Notes: a model not told the origin generated them from the sequence alone. A stretch of 64,000 nucleotides of DNA from Crocinitomicaceae bacterium (GCA_046304235.1 JBKCEW010000061.1:1927-65926); one strand, 5' to 3'. Shown: positions 1-13,900, counted from the stretch's first letter. Translations and numbers: made by a program.

Positions 1-647
1 TAAAGAACTTGGCTGAAAACATGTACAACCAACCACTAACCAATATAGTATATATGGGTATGGGTGAACCTTTGTTAAACTATAAAAATGTTGTCCGGTC
101 CGTAGATATATTAAGCTCTGAAGATGGTTTAAATATATCTCCAAAAAGAATAACAGTTTCTACAGCAGGAATTGCTAAAATGATAAAGAAATTGGGAGAC
201 GATGAGGTGCGTTTTAACCTTGCATTATCACTTCATGCTGCAAATGATGAGAAAAGAAGTAAAATCATGGAGATAAATGACACTAATAATTTAGCAACTT
301 TACAAGATGCGTTAGTTTACTTCTATGAAAAAACGGGTACTAGACCTACTTTTGAATACATTATATTTAAAGATTTCAACGACTCTTTGATGGATGCAAA
401 AGAATTAGCAGAATTTTGTAAATGTGTCCCTTGTAAAATAAATATAATCGAATATAATTCCATCGATGATGAAATGTTTCAAAAAGCAGATGATGAAAGA
501 GTGTCTAACTTTGCTTCTTTTCTAGAATCTAGAAATTTAATTGTAAATGTTCGAAGAAGTAGGGGGAAAGATATAGATGCTGCTTGTGGTCAACTAGCAA
601 ACAAAAACAAGATTATTTCAAAAGAGGAACGTATTTTAAAATCTTAA
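1..647 (+). CDS. rlmN: 23S rRNA/tRNA (adenine-C2)-methyltransferase RlmN, C-terminal ~214 aa; the 5' end lies outside the window
   Basis: The frame is open to the window edge (in phase from nt 3). It carries radical-SAM RlmN motifs GMGEPLLNY, ITVSTAG, SLHAANDEKR and a C-terminal RRSRGKDIDAACGQL. Confidence 0.9.
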   Translation, partial: KNLAENMYNQPLTNIVYMGMGEPLLNYKNVVRSVDILSSEDGLNISPKRITVSTAGIAKMIKKLGDDEVRFNLALSLHAANDEKRSKIMEINDTNNLATLQDALVYFYEKTGTRPTFEYIIFKDFNDSLMDAKELAEFCKCVPCKINIIEYNSIDDEMFQKADDERVSNFASFLESRNLIVNVRRSRGKDIDAACGQLANKNKIISKEERILKS

Positions 648-658
648 AATTCAATCAT

Positions 659-693
659 AAAAAAACCGACTCAAAATTAAGTCGGTTTTTTTA
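659..693. terminator. Bidirectional rho-independent terminator between convergent rlmN and nrdA
   Basis: aaaaaaccgac-tcaaaattaa-gtcggtttttt: an 11-nt stem with an A-run on one side and a T-run on the other. Confidence 0.8.
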
Positions 694-708
694 TGATTAT
701 TTAAAATC

Positions 709-3081
709 CTATCCTGCACACATTTCGCAAGAATCTGGATCATCTAATGAACATGCTATTGCTTCTGCAGAATTATTTGCGGCAGCTACTGTAGCTTTCA
801 CTTCAGGCTCTTGAATAAATGATTTGTCAAGAGTAAATTTAATAGCATCGGTAGCAGCTTTTGTTCTCAAGTAATACATACCTGTTTTCAATCCTTTTTT
901 CCAACCATAGAAATGCATAGATGTTAACTTACCAAAATTTGCATTTTCCATGAAAATATTTAGTGATTGAGATTGACAAATAAATGCCCCTCTATCAGCT
1001 GCCAAATCTAAAATACCTTTTTGAGATATTTCCCATGCAGTTTTATATAGTTCTTTTAGATGAGCTGGAATTTCAGGGATATTTTGAACAGATCCGTTAG
1101 AAGCCATTAACTTCGATCTCATTTCTTTATTCCAAAGACCTTCTTTAACTAAATCTTTTAATAAATGTTTATTTACAATAATAAATTCACCTGACAATAC
1201 TCTACGCGTATAAATGTTAGATGTATATGGCTCGAAACATTCATTATTCCCTAAGATTTGGGCAGTAGAAGCTGTTGGCATTGGAGCTAATAACAAGGAG
1301 TTTCTTGCACCATGTTTCATTACCTCTTCTTTCAATAAATCCCACTCCCATCTATTTGAAGGTTTAACCCCCCACATATCAAATTGGAAAACCCCTTTAG
1401 ATAATGGAGAACCAGGAAATGTTTCATAAGGTCCTTCAACTTTTGCTAAATCTTTTGATGCAGTCATAGATGCATAATAGATTGTTTCAAAAATTTCCTT
1501 ATTCAATATTTGCGCTTCAGGAGATTCAAAAGGGTAACGCATTAAAATAAAAGCATCAGCCAATCCTTGTACACCCAAACCAATAGGTCTGTGTCTCATA
1601 TTTGAATTTTTCGCTTCCTCTACTGGGTAGTAGTTTTCATCGATAATTCTATTCAAGTTTATAGTAGCTTGATATGTAACATCAAATAACTTTTGATGAT
1701 CGAATTGACCTTCATCAGTAACAAATTTTGGAAGTGCAATTGAAGCCAAGTTACACACTGCAACCTCATCTGGAGCTGTATATTCAATAATTTCAGTACA
1801 TAAATTTGAAGACTTAATTGTACCTAAATTTTGTTGATTTGATTTTGCATTCGCAGCATCTTTATACAACATATATGGTGTTCCTGTCTCAATTTGAGAT
1901 TCCAAAATCTTAAACCATAAATCTTGAGCTTTGATCGTTTTTCTTCCTTTTCCTTCTGATTCGTATTTTGTATATAAAGCCTCAAATTCTTCACTATGTG
2001 TTTCAGAAAGTCCAGGACATTCGTTTGGACACATCAACGTCCAATTCCCATTACTTTCAACACGTTTCATGAATAAATCTGGAATCCAAAGAGCATAAAA
2101 TAAATCTCTAGCTCTAGCTTCTTCTTTACCATGGTTTTTTCTTAAGTCTAAGAAATCAAAAACATCAGCATGCCATGGTTCAATGTACATCGCAAAAGAT
2201 CCTTTTCTTTTACCCCCACCCTGGTCTACATATCTTGCAGTATCATTGAAAACTCTCAACATCGGTACAATTCCATTAGAGGTACCATTTGTTCCTCTAA
2301 TATAAGAACCAGTTGCTCTAATATCGTGAATAGCTAAACCAATACCACCTGCTGATTGAGATATCTGAGCACAAGATTTTAGTGTGTCATAAATACCATG
2401 AATACTATCTTCCTTCATTGTTAACAAGAAACAAGAAGACATTTGAGGTTTAGGTGTTCCTGCATTAAATAACGTCGGAGTAGCATGCGTAAACCATCCT
2501 TCTGACATTAAATTGTAAGTCTTAACAGCAGACTGAATGTCATTTTTATGAATTCCTACAGAAACTCTCATCAACATTTGTTGAGGTCTTTCAGCAATTT
2601 TACCATCGACTTTCAACAAATAAGATCTAGACAACGTCTTAAATCCAAAATAATCATATTTGAAGTCTCTATCATAAATGATACTAGAATCTAAAAAATC
2701 TTTGTTATTCATGATTGCTTCATAAACATCATCTGCTAATAAAGAAGCTCTTTGATTCGTTTTCGGATCTATATAATTATACAGATCCTCCATTACATCT
2801 GAAAATGATTTTTTTGTTTCTTTGTGTAGATTTGAAACAGCAATTCTAGATGCTAATAAAGCATAATCAGGATGGTCAATTGTTTTCGCAGCAGCAACCT
2901 CAGCAGCTAAGTTATCTAATTCAGAAGTTGTAACTCCATCGTAAATACCTTCGATAACTTTCATTGCAACAGCCTCTGGACTAACTAATGGATCTAACCC
3001 ATAGCACATTTTAATAATACGGGCTGTAATTTTATCAAATTTTACAGCCTCTTTACGACCATCTCTCTTAATTACGTACAT
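709..3081 (-). CDS. nrdA: Ribonucleoside-diphosphate reductase class Ia, alpha subunit
   Basis: 790 aa. It has an N-terminal ATP-cone ([18 protein letters not shown]), catalytic-core motifs (SNLCTEI, PMPTAST) and a C-terminal CxxC tail. Confidence 0.95.
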   Translation of the reverse strand: MYVIKRDGRKEAVKFDKITARIIKMCYGLDPLVSPEAVAMKVIEGIYDGVTTSELDNLAAEVAAAKTIDHPDYALLASRIAVSNLHKETKKSFSDVMEDLYNYIDPKTNQRASLLADDVYEAIMNNKDFLDSSIIYDRDFKYDYFGFKTLSRSYLLKVDGKIAERPQQMLMRVSVGIHKNDIQSAVKTYNLMSEGWFTHATPTLFNAGTPKPQMSSCFLLTMKEDSIHGIYDTLKSCAQISQSAGGIGLAIHDIRATGSYIRGTNGTSNGIVPMLRVFNDTARYVDQGGGKRKGSFAMYIEPWHADVFDFLDLRKNHGKEEARARDLFYALWIPDLFMKRVESNGNWTLMCPNECPGLSETHSEEFEALYTKYESEGKGRKTIKAQDLWFKILESQIETGTPYMLYKDAANAKSNQQNLGTIKSSNLCTEIIEYTAPDEVAVCNLASIALPKFVTDEGQFDHQKLFDVTYQATINLNRIIDENYYPVEEAKNSNMRHRPIGLGVQGLADAFILMRYPFESPEAQILNKEIFETIYYASMTASKDLAKVEGPYETFPGSPLSKGVFQFDMWGVKPSNRWEWDLLKEEVMKHGARNSLLLAPMPTASTAQILGNNECFEPYTSNIYTRRVLSGEFIIVNKHLLKDLVKEGLWNKEMRSKLMASNGSVQNIPEIPAHLKELYKTAWEISQKGILDLAADRGAFICQSQSLNIFMENANFGKLTSMHFYGWKKGLKTGMYYLRTKAATDAIKFTLDKSFIQEPEVKATVAAANNSAEAIACSLDDPDSCEMCAG

Positions 3082-3123
3082 AATTCCTTTTTAATCTTTG
3101 ATTTTTTGTTTATACTAGTTTTA

Positions 3124-4098
3124 TTAGAAATCCGCATCAAGTGTAAATCCGTGACTTTCTTGTCCAGATGTTAGCACCCCTGCTTTTTGATATTCAGAAA
3201 CGCGTTTCTCAAAGAAGTTAGATTTTCCTTGAATTGAAAGCATATCCATAAAATCAAATGGATTTGTTACATTAAATACTTTATCATTACCCAATTCTAA
3301 CAATAATCTGTCAGCAACGAATTCAATATATTGAGACATAAGGTCGCTATTCATTCCAATTAATTTAACTGGAAGGGCTTCAAGAATAAATTCTTTCTCT
3401 ATTTCAACAGCGTCTAAAATAATTTCTCTAATTTCTTCACTTGAAAGTTTATTCACTAGGTGATTATTATATAACAAACAAGCAAAGTCACAATGCAAAC
3501 CTTCGTCACGAGAAATTAACTCATTAGAAAATCCTAAACCTGGCATTAAACCTCTTTTCTTCAACCAAAAGATAGAACAAAATGAACCCGAAAAGAAAAT
3601 ACCTTCCACTGCAGCAAAAGCAACTAAACGTTGAGCGAATGATCCTTTTTCAATCCACTTTAATGCCCAATCTGCTTTTCGGCGAACACAAGACATGGTA
3701 TTAATTGCATTAAACAAATAATTTTTCTCTGCTGTGTCTTTAATATAAGTATCAATTAGTAACGAATAAGTCTCCGAGTGAATATTTTCGATAGCAACTT
3801 GAAAGCCGTAAAAGAACTTAGCTTCTGTATATTGTACTTCAGACAAGAAATTTTCAGCTAAATTTTCATTAACAATACCATCTGATGCAGCAAAAAAAGC
3901 TAAAATATGTTTAACAAAATGTTTCTCATTATCATTTAACTTATTTTCCCAATCAATAATGTCAGCAGACAAATCAATCTCTTCCGCTGTCCAAAAACTA
4001 GCTTCAGCTTTTTTGTAAAAAGACCAAATATCATTGTGTTGAATCGGAAATAACACAAATCTGCCATCATTAGGCTCTAAAATCGGTTCGTAACTCAT
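3124..4098 (-). CDS. nrdB: Ribonucleoside-diphosphate reductase beta subunit (di-iron/tyrosyl radical)
   Basis: 324 aa with ferritin-like motifs ([30 protein letters not shown]). It sits immediately upstream of nrdA on the same strand. Confidence 0.95.
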   Translation of the reverse strand: MSYEPILEPNDGRFVLFPIQHNDIWSFYKKAEASFWTAEEIDLSADIIDWENKLNDNEKHFVKHILAFFAASDGIVNENLAENFLSEVQYTEAKFFYGFQVAIENIHSETYSLLIDTYIKDTAEKNYLFNAINTMSCVRRKADWALKWIEKGSFAQRLVAFAAVEGIFFSGSFCSIFWLKKRGLMPGLGFSNELISRDEGLHCDFACLLYNNHLVNKLSSEEIREIILDAVEIEKEFILEALPVKLIGMNSDLMSQYIEFVADRLLLELGNDKVFNVTNPFDFMDMLSIQGKSNFFEKRVSEYQKAGVLTSGQESHGFTLDADF

Positions 4099-4456
4099 AA
4101 CTAGTGTTTTTATATATTTATATTCTGAATTAATTGAAAATCAAAATGTAACACCTATACTTAATTAATAAATATGGGATTACAAAAATTGCTATTTAAA
4201 TCAGTTTGTGCAACAAAAGAAATTCACATCAATCCAAGTTTATTAACATAGATTTTGGAAACCCTTGAATTTGTTGAGACAAACAGAAATTATTCATAAA
4301 CAAAATGATATTAACAATAAAAATTCTTCTTTTGTCAATAATTTTTTTTCAAAAAAAAGAAAAAATCATCAAAAAAAAAGAAAAGATTTTTAAATAAATT
4401 TACCTCAATATTGAATCGCTGTCAATACACTTTTTTTAATACATTTTAACAATGAA

Positions 4457-5191
4457 TTGTTCAATCAATCGCTACTTCAATTGAATCAAGTCTATACCAA
4501 ATTTATTCATTATTTAGAGCATCTTTTTTTTCCTGATGAATGTATCATTTGTGAAAACGAGACCCAAAACAAGCAGACTTTTATTTGTCATCTGTGCGAA
4601 CATGAATTAGCTTACTCCAAAATGGAAAATGCAACAAAGGAATGTAAAACAAAAAAATTATTTTGGGGAAGGTTTCCAATAGAACTTGGCTATAGTTTAC
4701 TTTATTTTGAAAAAGGAAACTCAACCCAAAAAATCCTACATTCAATAAAATATCAAAATAGAAAATCATTTGCAGTTGAATTAGGTAGAAAGATTGGTGA
4801 AACTTTAAAAAAATCAGAAATCAACTTTCAATTTGACGCACTAATACCAGTACCATTACATCAACATAAAAAATTTGATAGAGGTTACAATCAGAGTGAA
4901 TTACTTTGCAAAGGTATCTCAGAGATTCTTAACATTGAAACTAATAGTAATTTAGTATTGAGAAAAAAGAATACTAAAAGTCAAACGAAACTTAATAAAT
5001 TTCTTCGATGGGAAAATGCACAAAACACGTACGAAATTTCAGAAGAAATAAATTTGAAAAAATGGAAACACATTGCAATTGTAGACGATGTGATTACCAC
5101 AGGTTCAACAATTGAATCAATAGCAAATGAAATCATTTCTATCAATCCGTCAATCAAATTAAGTGTAATTTCACTAGCATTAGCAATCTAA
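4457..5191 (+). CDS. ComF-family phosphoribosyltransferase-domain protein
   Basis: N-terminal CxxC...CxxC zinc-finger-like segment, a PVPLH..K...RGYNQ motif and a C-terminal PRTase motif IVDDVITTGSTI. The track start is TTG, so the exact start is uncertain. Confidence 0.75.
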   Translation: MFNQSLLQLNQVYTKFIHYLEHLFFPDECIICENETQNKQTFICHLCEHELAYSKMENATKECKTKKLFWGRFPIELGYSLLYFEKGNSTQKILHSIKYQNRKSFAVELGRKIGETLKKSEINFQFDALIPVPLHQHKKFDRGYNQSELLCKGISEILNIETNSNLVLRKKNTKSQTKLNKFLRWENAQNTYEISEEINLKKWKHIAIVDDVITTGSTIESIANEIISINPSIKLSVISLALAI

Positions 5192-5193
5192 AT

Positions 5194-6240
5194 ATGGAAA
5201 AAATGAATCATAAAGTTTTAATCGCAGGGGGAGGTTTAGCAGGAATTTGTATAGGTTATCAACTTGCAGAAAAAAATATTCCTTTTCTATTGATTGACAA
5301 CGATTCCAACCAAAGTTCATTGAAGGCGGCTGGATTGATAAATCCCATGGTTTTTAGAAGAATGCTGAAAAGTTGGCGTATAGATGATTTTCTACCATAT
5401 GCATTATCATTTTATAAAAAAGTCGGAAAATATACTGATTCAGAATTTTTTCATTTCTTACCTATGAGAAGAGGGTTCGCGCATCAACAAGAAGTAGAAC
5501 TTTGGGAATCAAAGCAAAATCTAGAAGAATACGGAGAATATCTGAGTGAATTAACAAATGAAGATAGAACCTCAAATACATTGATAAATCATTTCGGCAC
5601 AGGAATCGTAAAACAGACAGGATATATTGACACAAAAACATTCTTGAAAAATTCATACGCTTATTTCAGATCTATTAATTGTTATCAAAAAACAGAATAT
5701 AAATACGATGAATTTGACTTATTAAAACAAACTTTTAGGGGGGAACACTTTGATAAAATCATTTTTTGTGAAGGTTATCAAGGAATTTATAATCCTTGGT
5801 TTAATTATTTACCACTTCAAACTACTAAAGGTCAAACTATTATTATCAAATCAGATACACTAGATACTAACGAAATTCTTAATCGAAAATGCTTTTTACT
5901 TCCTTTAGGAAATAAAGAATTTAAAGTTGGAGCAACTTATGAATGGAATACAACAGATCTTTCAATTACAATTGAAGGATTAAATATTCTCAAAGAAAAT
6001 ATTGAACAATTAATCCATGATCAATATGAAGTAATTCACCAAGATGCTGGAATTAGACCTACTGTAAAAGATAGACGTCCACTGCTTGGAGAACATCCAA
6101 ATTTTGAAAACATTTATATCTTTAACGGTCTTGGTACAAAGGGTTATTCAATGGCTCCTCTTTTATCAAAAGAATTATATAATTTTATATTTGAAAACCA
6201 AGATTTGAATAGAGAAATTAATATTTCTAGGTTCAGCTAG
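5194..6240 (+). CDS. FAD-dependent oxidoreductase (DAO / glycine-oxidase-like family)
   Basis: N-terminal Rossmann dinucleotide motif VLIAGGGLAGICIGYQLA. 348 aa, with DAO-like length and a C-terminal GLGTKG motif. Confidence 0.7.
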   Translation: MEKMNHKVLIAGGGLAGICIGYQLAEKNIPFLLIDNDSNQSSLKAAGLINPMVFRRMLKSWRIDDFLPYALSFYKKVGKYTDSEFFHFLPMRRGFAHQQEVELWESKQNLEEYGEYLSELTNEDRTSNTLINHFGTGIVKQTGYIDTKTFLKNSYAYFRSINCYQKTEYKYDEFDLLKQTFRGEHFDKIIFCEGYQGIYNPWFNYLPLQTTKGQTIIIKSDTLDTNEILNRKCFLLPLGNKEFKVGATYEWNTTDLSITIEGLNILKENIEQLIHDQYEVIHQDAGIRPTVKDRRPLLGEHPNFENIYIFNGLGTKGYSMAPLLSKELYNFIFENQDLNREINISRFS

Positions 6241-6241
6241 T

Positions 6242-6913
6242 TTAATTTTTTCCTTCAATAATAATTACGATTTCACCTTTTGGTGGATTGTTTTCATAGT
6301 ACGTTTTCACTTCTAGAGCAGAACCGCGTTTGAACTCTTCATATATTTTAGAAATCTCTCTTACAACACAAACTCGTTTATCTTCACCCATGAATTCAAT
6401 AATCTGATCAAGGGCCTTAACCAAACGATGTGGTGATTCATAAAGAATAACCGTTCTGTCTTCTCCTGCAATTTGTTTAAATTTAGTTTGTCTTCCTTTT
6501 TTATGCGGCAAAAACCCTTCAAAAGCAAATCTATCAGTCGGAAAGCCACTAGCTACTAACGCAGGTACAAATGCTGTTGGTCCAGGTAAACAGGAAATAG
6601 GAATATCATGCTCAATACACGCACGGACTAATAAAAATCCTGGATCTGAAATTGCTGGGGTGCCTGCATCAGAAACCAAAACAGTTGTTGTATTCGATGC
6701 AATTTGAGAGATTACATTATTCAACACTTTGTGTTCGTTATGAATATGAAAAGACTGAACGTTTTTTTGAATCTCAAGGTGATTTAATAACTTTTTAGTT
6801 ACTCTTGTGTCTTCAGCTAAAATCAGATCAGCATTTTTTAATATTTTGATAGCCCTTAATGTAATATCTTCTAAATTACCAATCGGTGTTGGAACTAATA
6901 CTAATTCTCCCAT
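6242..6913 (-). CDS. rsmI: 16S rRNA (cytidine1402-2'-O)-methyltransferase RsmI
   Basis: The N-terminus LVLVPTPIGNLEDITLRAIKILKNADLILAEDTR and the tetrapyrrole-methylase fold motifs (SDAGTP.ISDPG) are typical of RsmI. Confidence 0.9.
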   Translation of the reverse strand: MGELVLVPTPIGNLEDITLRAIKILKNADLILAEDTRVTKKLLNHLEIQKNVQSFHIHNEHKVLNNVISQIASNTTTVLVSDAGTPAISDPGFLLVRACIEHDIPISCLPGPTAFVPALVASGFPTDRFAFEGFLPHKKGRQTKFKQIAGEDRTVILYESPHRLVKALDQIIEFMGEDKRVCVVREISKIYEEFKRGSALEVKTYYENNPPKGEIVIIIEGKN

Positions 6914-6946
6914 AAAATTAAAAAGAGGATAGTAGCCCTATCCTCT
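6914..6946 (-). terminator. Rho-independent terminator downstream of yebC
   Basis: A perfect 9-bp stem (agaggatag / ctatcctct) with a 5-nt loop, followed on the minus strand by a U-rich tract (complement of aaaattaaaa). Confidence 0.7.
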
Positions 6947-6959
6947 ATATATTTATCAA

Positions 6960-7670
6960 TTATGCAATATTTGTAAAAACTTGTTGAACATCATCATCCT
7001 CTTCAATCTTATCTAAAAGCTTTTCAACATCTACCATTTGCTCTTCAGTTAAATCAATAGGAGAAGTTGGAATACGCTGTAGATTTGCTTTCAATACTTC
7101 AATTTGAAGATCATCAATTGCTTTAGATAGAGTTCCGAAAGCTGTAAAATCACCATATACAAACATTTTATCTTCCTCCACTTCTATAGATTCACATCCA
7201 GCATCAATTAATTCTAATTCAATTTCTTCTGGATCCAAGCCTTCTTTTTTAGCCAATTCAAAAACAGACTTTCTTCCAAACATAAATTCCAATTGACCAT
7301 TTGGTACAATTGATCCTCCCACTTTATTAAAATAAGATTTTACATTAGCAACTGTTCTAGTTGGATTATCTGTAGCACATTCGACATAAACTAAAACCCC
7401 ATGCGGACCTTTACCCTCATAAATAATCTCACTAAAGCTTGCTAAATCTTTTTGCGTAGCTCTTTTAACCGCAGCCTCAATATTATCTTTAGGCATATTT
7501 TGTGCCTTAGCATTCTGAATAGCAGTTCTCAATTTTGCATTCATAGCAGGATCATCTCCTCCTTCTTTTGCTGCCATAGTAATAGCTTTACCTAGTTTAG
7601 GAAACAACTTAGACATTTTATCCCAACGTTTTTCCTTAGCTGCTCTTCGGTATTCAAACGCTCTTCCCAT
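6960..7670 (-). CDS. yebC: YebC/PmpR-family DNA-binding transcriptional regulator
   Basis: 236 aa. The N-terminus [21 protein letters not shown] and overall family-typical sequence are highly conserved. Confidence 0.9.
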   Translation of the reverse strand: MGRAFEYRRAAKEKRWDKMSKLFPKLGKAITMAAKEGGDDPAMNAKLRTAIQNAKAQNMPKDNIEAAVKRATQKDLASFSEIIYEGKGPHGVLVYVECATDNPTRTVANVKSYFNKVGGSIVPNGQLEFMFGRKSVFELAKKEGLDPEEIELELIDAGCESIEVEEDKMFVYGDFTAFGTLSKAIDDLQIEVLKANLQRIPTSPIDLTEEQMVDVEKLLDKIEEDDDVQQVFTNIA

Positions 7671-7694
7671 CGTATACTATTTTATTATAATTGA

Positions 7695-7973
7695 TTAATT
7701 CCTTATTAATTGAACATACCCCTGCCCTTTTATTTTCTCACCACTAGTTCCCTCAATTTCATATTGATAAAAATAAACTCCCTCATCTGCATCTTTACCA
7801 TTAATAGTTCCATCCCATGATTGTGAAGTTTCGGTCATCTCATAGATAGGATTCCCCCATCTATTAAAAATTAAAACATGAATATCTTTTGCATTTTTAA
7901 CAGTAATAAAGAAAGCATCATTTGTTCCGTCATTGTCTGGTGTAAAAACATTTGGAGCTATTTCAACCCTTGG
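7695..7973 (-). other. T9SS type-B C-terminal sorting domain of the giant protein
   Basis: PRVEIAPNVFTPDNDGTNDAFFI...IFNRWGNPIYE...SWDGTINGK...GVYFYQYEI...GYVQLIRN, which is the motif order typical of the CHU_C / gliding-motility C-terminal domain. Confidence 0.8.
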
Positions 7974-10900
7974 AGTATCAAGCTTATCTATTTTAATAGA
8001 AATTAAACTAGAGTCTATACATTTACCATTTTTAGAGATTAAAGTTATTACATAAATCCCAGGTTTCTTATAAAGAGCAGTTACCGGTTCAAGTGTATTT
8101 TTAATTAAAGGAGATTGATCACCGTTTCTAAAATACCATTCAAAATCAGAAGCAGCTGAACTTTTATTTGTCAACAATACATTTAAAGGCTTTACATCAG
8201 ATGCCAAACCAGCTTCTGGTGTTGCTGTAAATTTAGACACAGGTTTATCAATAACATAAACATTAAGTGTATCTGAATTTTTACACCCTAAATTATCCTT
8301 AACAAAGACAACATACGGGTTAATCCCTTTTTTTGGCATAAATGGTACACCATCTAAAACTCCATCACTATACGTATATGTATTATTGTCTTTACCTTTT
8401 AATATAACCAGCTGTGGTTCACCACAAACTACAGGCTCGTCAACATTAATATCAGGTCGTCTATATACAACAACATCAAATTCAGTAGAATCAAAACAAT
8501 TATACTTGTCTGTTACAAACGCTTTGTAAGTGGTATTTTGAGTAGGTTTTGCAATAACTGGATTACAAGTTATACATGAAACATTAGGAGTCCAAACATA
8601 TTTAAGTTCGTTTCCAACCCCTTCTAGTAAGATGGAATCTCCAGGACAAACAGTATTTGGTGCATTTATTTTTGCTTTAGGTTTTGGTCTTACAACTATA
8701 TCAAATTTCATTGTGTCACCAATACACTGACCTACAGATGGTATAACAGTAATTCTAGAAATATTTGTTGTTGAACCTGACGTGTTTTTAGAAACAAAAG
8801 GTAAAATATTACCAATGCCTGATCCATTCACTCCAACGGTTGTATTATTTGAATACCATTCATATTTCGTTCCTGAAACACCTCCAGTAAATTCAATTGT
8901 ATCAGATTTTTCATTGACACAAACATTGATATCTTGAACTTTGTTTACCTTAGTTCCTGGCGTAACAATTAAATCAACATTAGCATTTACATTATTATTT
9001 TGACAGCTGGTATTATCGCCATCTGAAATACTAACTATTTTGTAATTGAAAATCCCCGAGCTATTAGTATTCGCTTTTAAAGTTATAGTGTAAGAGGTAT
9101 TATTGGTTTTAATAGTCTGATTACCTGAATTATTTATACTGTAAACAAAAGTGAATGGAGGGGTTCCATTAGAAGCAGTGAACTCAATTGTTGCATCACC
9201 ATTCATACAAACTCCAGATGGTTTGGAGGTAACTATGGCAGTAGGTAATGGCTTTATAGTTACTGTTTGGGAAATGTTAATATTATTAGAACATGATAAA
9301 TCATCACCATTTTTAACAATATTAACCGTGTAATTATAAATACCTGATGACGAAGTATTTACAGGTATTGATGCTAAATGTTGTCCTTGTCCAGTGCTTA
9401 CATTTTGTGAAGGTCCAAAAGGATTTCCATCTTTCGATATGAAATAGGTAAAAGTAAAAGGAGAAACACCATTTATTCCTGTAATTCTTATTTCTGGACT
9501 ATTTGCTCCCAAACAAACAGAAGCATCAGTCGTTGTTATCTGCGCTGTTGGTAATTCATTTACAATCACATTTTGTATTCCAAAAACATTTGAATTTTTA
9601 CATTGTGAGGAACTAGATTCCTCTACACTTACCAATTCATAGGTATATATTCCAGACTTATTTGTAGGAACAGCAACAGAAACTTCTTCTTTCCCTGGGT
9701 CACTTGAAATAGTTTGTATTGCTCCACCATTTACTTTATATTTAAAAATATAAGGGGCAACACCATTAAAGCCTTTAAACTTAATTTGAGGTGATACAGC
9801 ATTAACACAGACGGTATCTGCACCAGATATTGTTGCTGTTATTAAAGGGTTAATAAATAAATATATAGAATCAGATTTTGGACACACTCCATTAGTTGTG
9901 TATTTAACACTATAACTTCCCGCTTTAGATGATATTGGGAAAATTTCTCCTGAATTTGAATTTAAAGCTAATCCTGATGGTAAAGCTGAAAAAACACCTC
10001 CTTTAAAACCTGTAATTGTTGGAAATGTATTCGATGTTTCATTAGCGCAATATTGAGCAAGATATCCATTAAATGATGGGTCATCTAATTTATTCACATC
10101 GATTGAAAACTTCATCACAGGACCTACACATGTTTTATTAATTGAGGAGATTAAATACTTAGGCGTGACAGAAATAATCGCTGTTTGTTTTACTGTGTTT
10201 GTATTATTATTGGCAATAAAACCATTAATATTTCCTGTACCATTAAAACCAAGACCTATATTGGCATTAGAATTTGCCCATTCAAATGTAGTTCCGTTTA
10301 AATTCGAAACAAAAGGAATTGAATTAATTAAAGATCCAGCACAAACCATAGTATCTCGTTTTTGATCTACTTTAGGATTGTAAACATAAATAGATAAAGT
10401 ATCATAATTATAACAACCGAATTGAGATTGACCTCTTACAATATATTGTTGAGTTGTGTCAGTCTTAGTTGTTACTGTTGCCCCGATACCTAGATTTCCA
10501 ACTAAAGAAGTATGAGGTGTCCATATAAAATTTTCATTTTTAGATGCACCCGTAGCAGAAAGTATTGCACTTCCTCCTTTACAGAAGGATGTATCTTGTT
10601 TACTTGAATTTGCTATTGAGGCAACAATTTTAGGATTTGCTCTTACTTTGTATTTATAATTTACATGACTTCCAATACAAGTTCCAACCCTAGGAGTAAC
10701 TGTAATAGAAGCTATTGCATCAGCTCCCCCGTCAATAGTGCCTAAAGCTTTAAACCCTATGATGTTACCAGCGCCAGAAGCTGGTATTCCAATATTTATA
10801 TTTGAGTTAACCCACTCGAAAATTGTCCCTGCATTACCCGTGAAGTTAACAGGGTCAAACATATCGCCTTGACAAAAACTCTGATCATCTACATCATCTA

Positions 10901-13900
10901 CAGAAGGATTTGATCCAATCCCTATTGTAACTGTAGAATCATCTTTACAATTACCTGGTGTAGTATATTTAATTTGATACATTCCGGGTGTTGAAGAAAT
11001 TAAGTTTATTTTACCCGTTGATGTGTTTATAGACAAACCTATTGGCTGGGAAGAAAAGACACCACCAACTGTTCCATCAATAATCGGAGTTGGATCAGAT
11101 TGTGTAGTACAGAATGAATTGTCACTGTAATGAAATGCTGGATTATCTATCGGATTCACAGTCAAATCAAAAGATTTAGTTGAACCAAAACATCCATTTA
11201 TCTCAGGGGTAACTATAACATTACTAACTATTGAACTACCACCAAAAACTGTTCCTTTTGCAATAAAAGCCGCTATGTTTCCATTTCCAGAAGCTGGTAG
11301 ACCAATATTTGAATTAGAATTTACCCAATTAAATTTAGTATTTGGTGTTCCTGAAAAAGTTATTGGATTAAATGAGTCTCCGAAACATCTATTCTGATTA
11401 GAAATCGTATTTACTTCTGGTAAAGAATTTAACTGGATAGAAATAGTCGTATCCTTTGGACAAGACCCATTTGTAGTGTACGTAATATTGTAATTACCAA
11501 CAAAGGATGTTCCGATTGTTATTCTACCAGTTGTTGGGTTTAACGACAAACCAGAAGGCGAAGAAGTAAAAACTCCCCCCGTTGTTCCTGTTATTATAGG
11601 CAATGGATTTAAATCAGTTTGACAAATTGATGATTTAGGATATTTAAATGTAGGATCATCTAATGAAAGAACAGTAACAGGGAAAGACATTGCACCTCCT
11701 TTACAACCATTTATTTCTGGAGAAACTGTAATAATACCAATAGCACTAGCTCCATTTTTAATTGTTCCTGATGCAGTAAAAGAAGGTATTAATCCAACAC
11801 CAGCTGCAGAAAGTCCAATTGTAGTGTTGGAATTTTTCCAATTAAAAGTTGTGTTTTGTGAACCAGTGAAAGTAATTGATGAAAAAATTGAACCCTGACA
11901 TTTTGGAGAAACCGTTAAATTATTGACATAAGGCATAGGATTTATAACTATTGCTTCTGTTTTTGCTTTTGGACAATTTCCATTAGTTAAATAAGTTACA
12001 TTATAATTACCAGGTAAAGAATTAGAAACATTAATCTTACCGGAATTACTATTCAAGCTTAAGCCTATTGGAACAGAAGTAAATACTCCTCCACTAGTTC
12101 CATTTATAGAAGGACTTATATCTGAATCATTAAAACAAATGTTCGTTGAGGAATAGCTAAATGAAGGATCATCAGAAGGTCGTATTGTTAAATTAAATGT
12201 TTTAGGTGTTCCAATACATGTTCCTACAACTGGAGTTACAGTTATATTTGATGAAATATCAGATTTTGAATTATTGACTCCAACGAAACTTGCTATATTA
12301 CCAGTTCCAGAAGCTGGCAAACCTATGTTAATATTCGAATTTGTCCAATGAAATTGAGTACCTGGAGTACCTGTAAAGGTAATCGCATTGAATGTTGCAC
12401 CATTACATATTGGAGCAACAGAAACTGTATTTACAGTTGGTGCAGAACCTACAGAAATTGTGGTACTTGATGATGTAGAACATTGTGCACTTAAGTTATA
12501 ACTTACGATATAATTTCCGGGACTTGAAGTTGCAAGATTTATCATACCAGAAGTAGAATTCAAAATCAAACCAGTAGGACTCGCAGAAAAAACACCATTT
12601 AAAGGCCCTGTTTGAACTGGAGTTGGATCAGAATCAGTAATACAGTAAGAGGATTGTCCATACTGTATAGTAGAGTTTTGTACTGCGTTTACACTAAGAG
12701 TAAATGTTTTAGAGGTACCTGCACAAGTACCAATAATTGGAGTGACAACGATAATAGAAGATCCAACAGATAGAGATTTGAACGAACTAATATCACCTGT
12801 GCCCGATGAAGATAATCCAATAGCTGAATTTGTATTTGTCCAATTAAAAACGGTACCTGGGTTACCAGTAAAACTTATTTTAGAGAAATTTGAACCAGAA
12901 CAAACAGTTTGATCTGATACAGAATTAACTGTTGGGCTTGAACCTATAGAAATAGGAAAAGTTGAGACATTTGGACATTCACCATGGGTTGTATAAGATA
13001 CTGTATAATTGCCAGAAGTAGAAGTAGCTAAATTTATAGTACCTACTGAATTCATCGAAATTCCAATCGGTGTTGAAGTAAAAGTACCTCCTGTTAATCC
13101 TGAAATAATAGGAGTTGGATTTGTTTGATTTTTACAAAATGAGGTGTTGGTATAGTTGAAAGTTGCATTATCTAAAGGTTTTACAGTTAGACTGAATGTA
13201 ATAGGTATTCCTATACACGTTCCTATTTTTGGCATTACAGTTATTATTGAACTTATTGTAGATCCGCCAACTGAAGTTCCATTTGCTACAAAAGAATTGA
13301 TGTTACCAGAACCACTATCCCCTAGACCAATCGCAGTATTTGAGTTAGTCCATTCATAAACGGTTCCAGGTGCGCCTTGAAAGTCAATAGCGTTAAATGA
13401 TGATCCCTGACAAACAGTTTGAGATGTCACAGGCTGAGCCAAAGGAGCAGAACCAATTGACATTGTTATTGTACTATCATTTTTACAAAAACCATTTGTA
13501 TTGTATGTTATTTGATAATTACCAGCAGTTGCAGAGGTCAAATCTAGAGTACCGGTTGAAGCGTCTATCAACAACCCTGAAGCTGGAAATACTGAAAAAG
13601 TACCCCCTGTTCGGCCTGAAATTGTTGGTGTCGGATTTAATTCTGTAAAACAGTAAGAATTACTTCCATATGCAAATGCTGGGTTGTCTAGACTATTTGT
13701 TGTTAAAATCATAGATTTGGATGTGCCACTACAACCATTCATAATTGGTATAACAGAGATTACAGCACTAGTAGGAGAACCTCCAAGACTAGTTCCTGTC
13801 GCTTTAAACGATGATATGTTCCCCTGTCCAGAAGATGTTAGTCCAATAGATTGATTACTATTCGTCCAAGAAAACGAAGCTCCAACGGTTCCGGTAAAGC

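Noticed and set aside
4099-4456. Riboswitch (B12) or NrdR-box regulation in the long nrdB/comF divergent region; also the A-tract string at 4344-4385
   Set aside because: There is no GC-rich B12-box-like core and no convincing ACACwAtATaTwGTGT palindrome. The region is almost pure A/T, so apparent motifs are not distinguishable from background.
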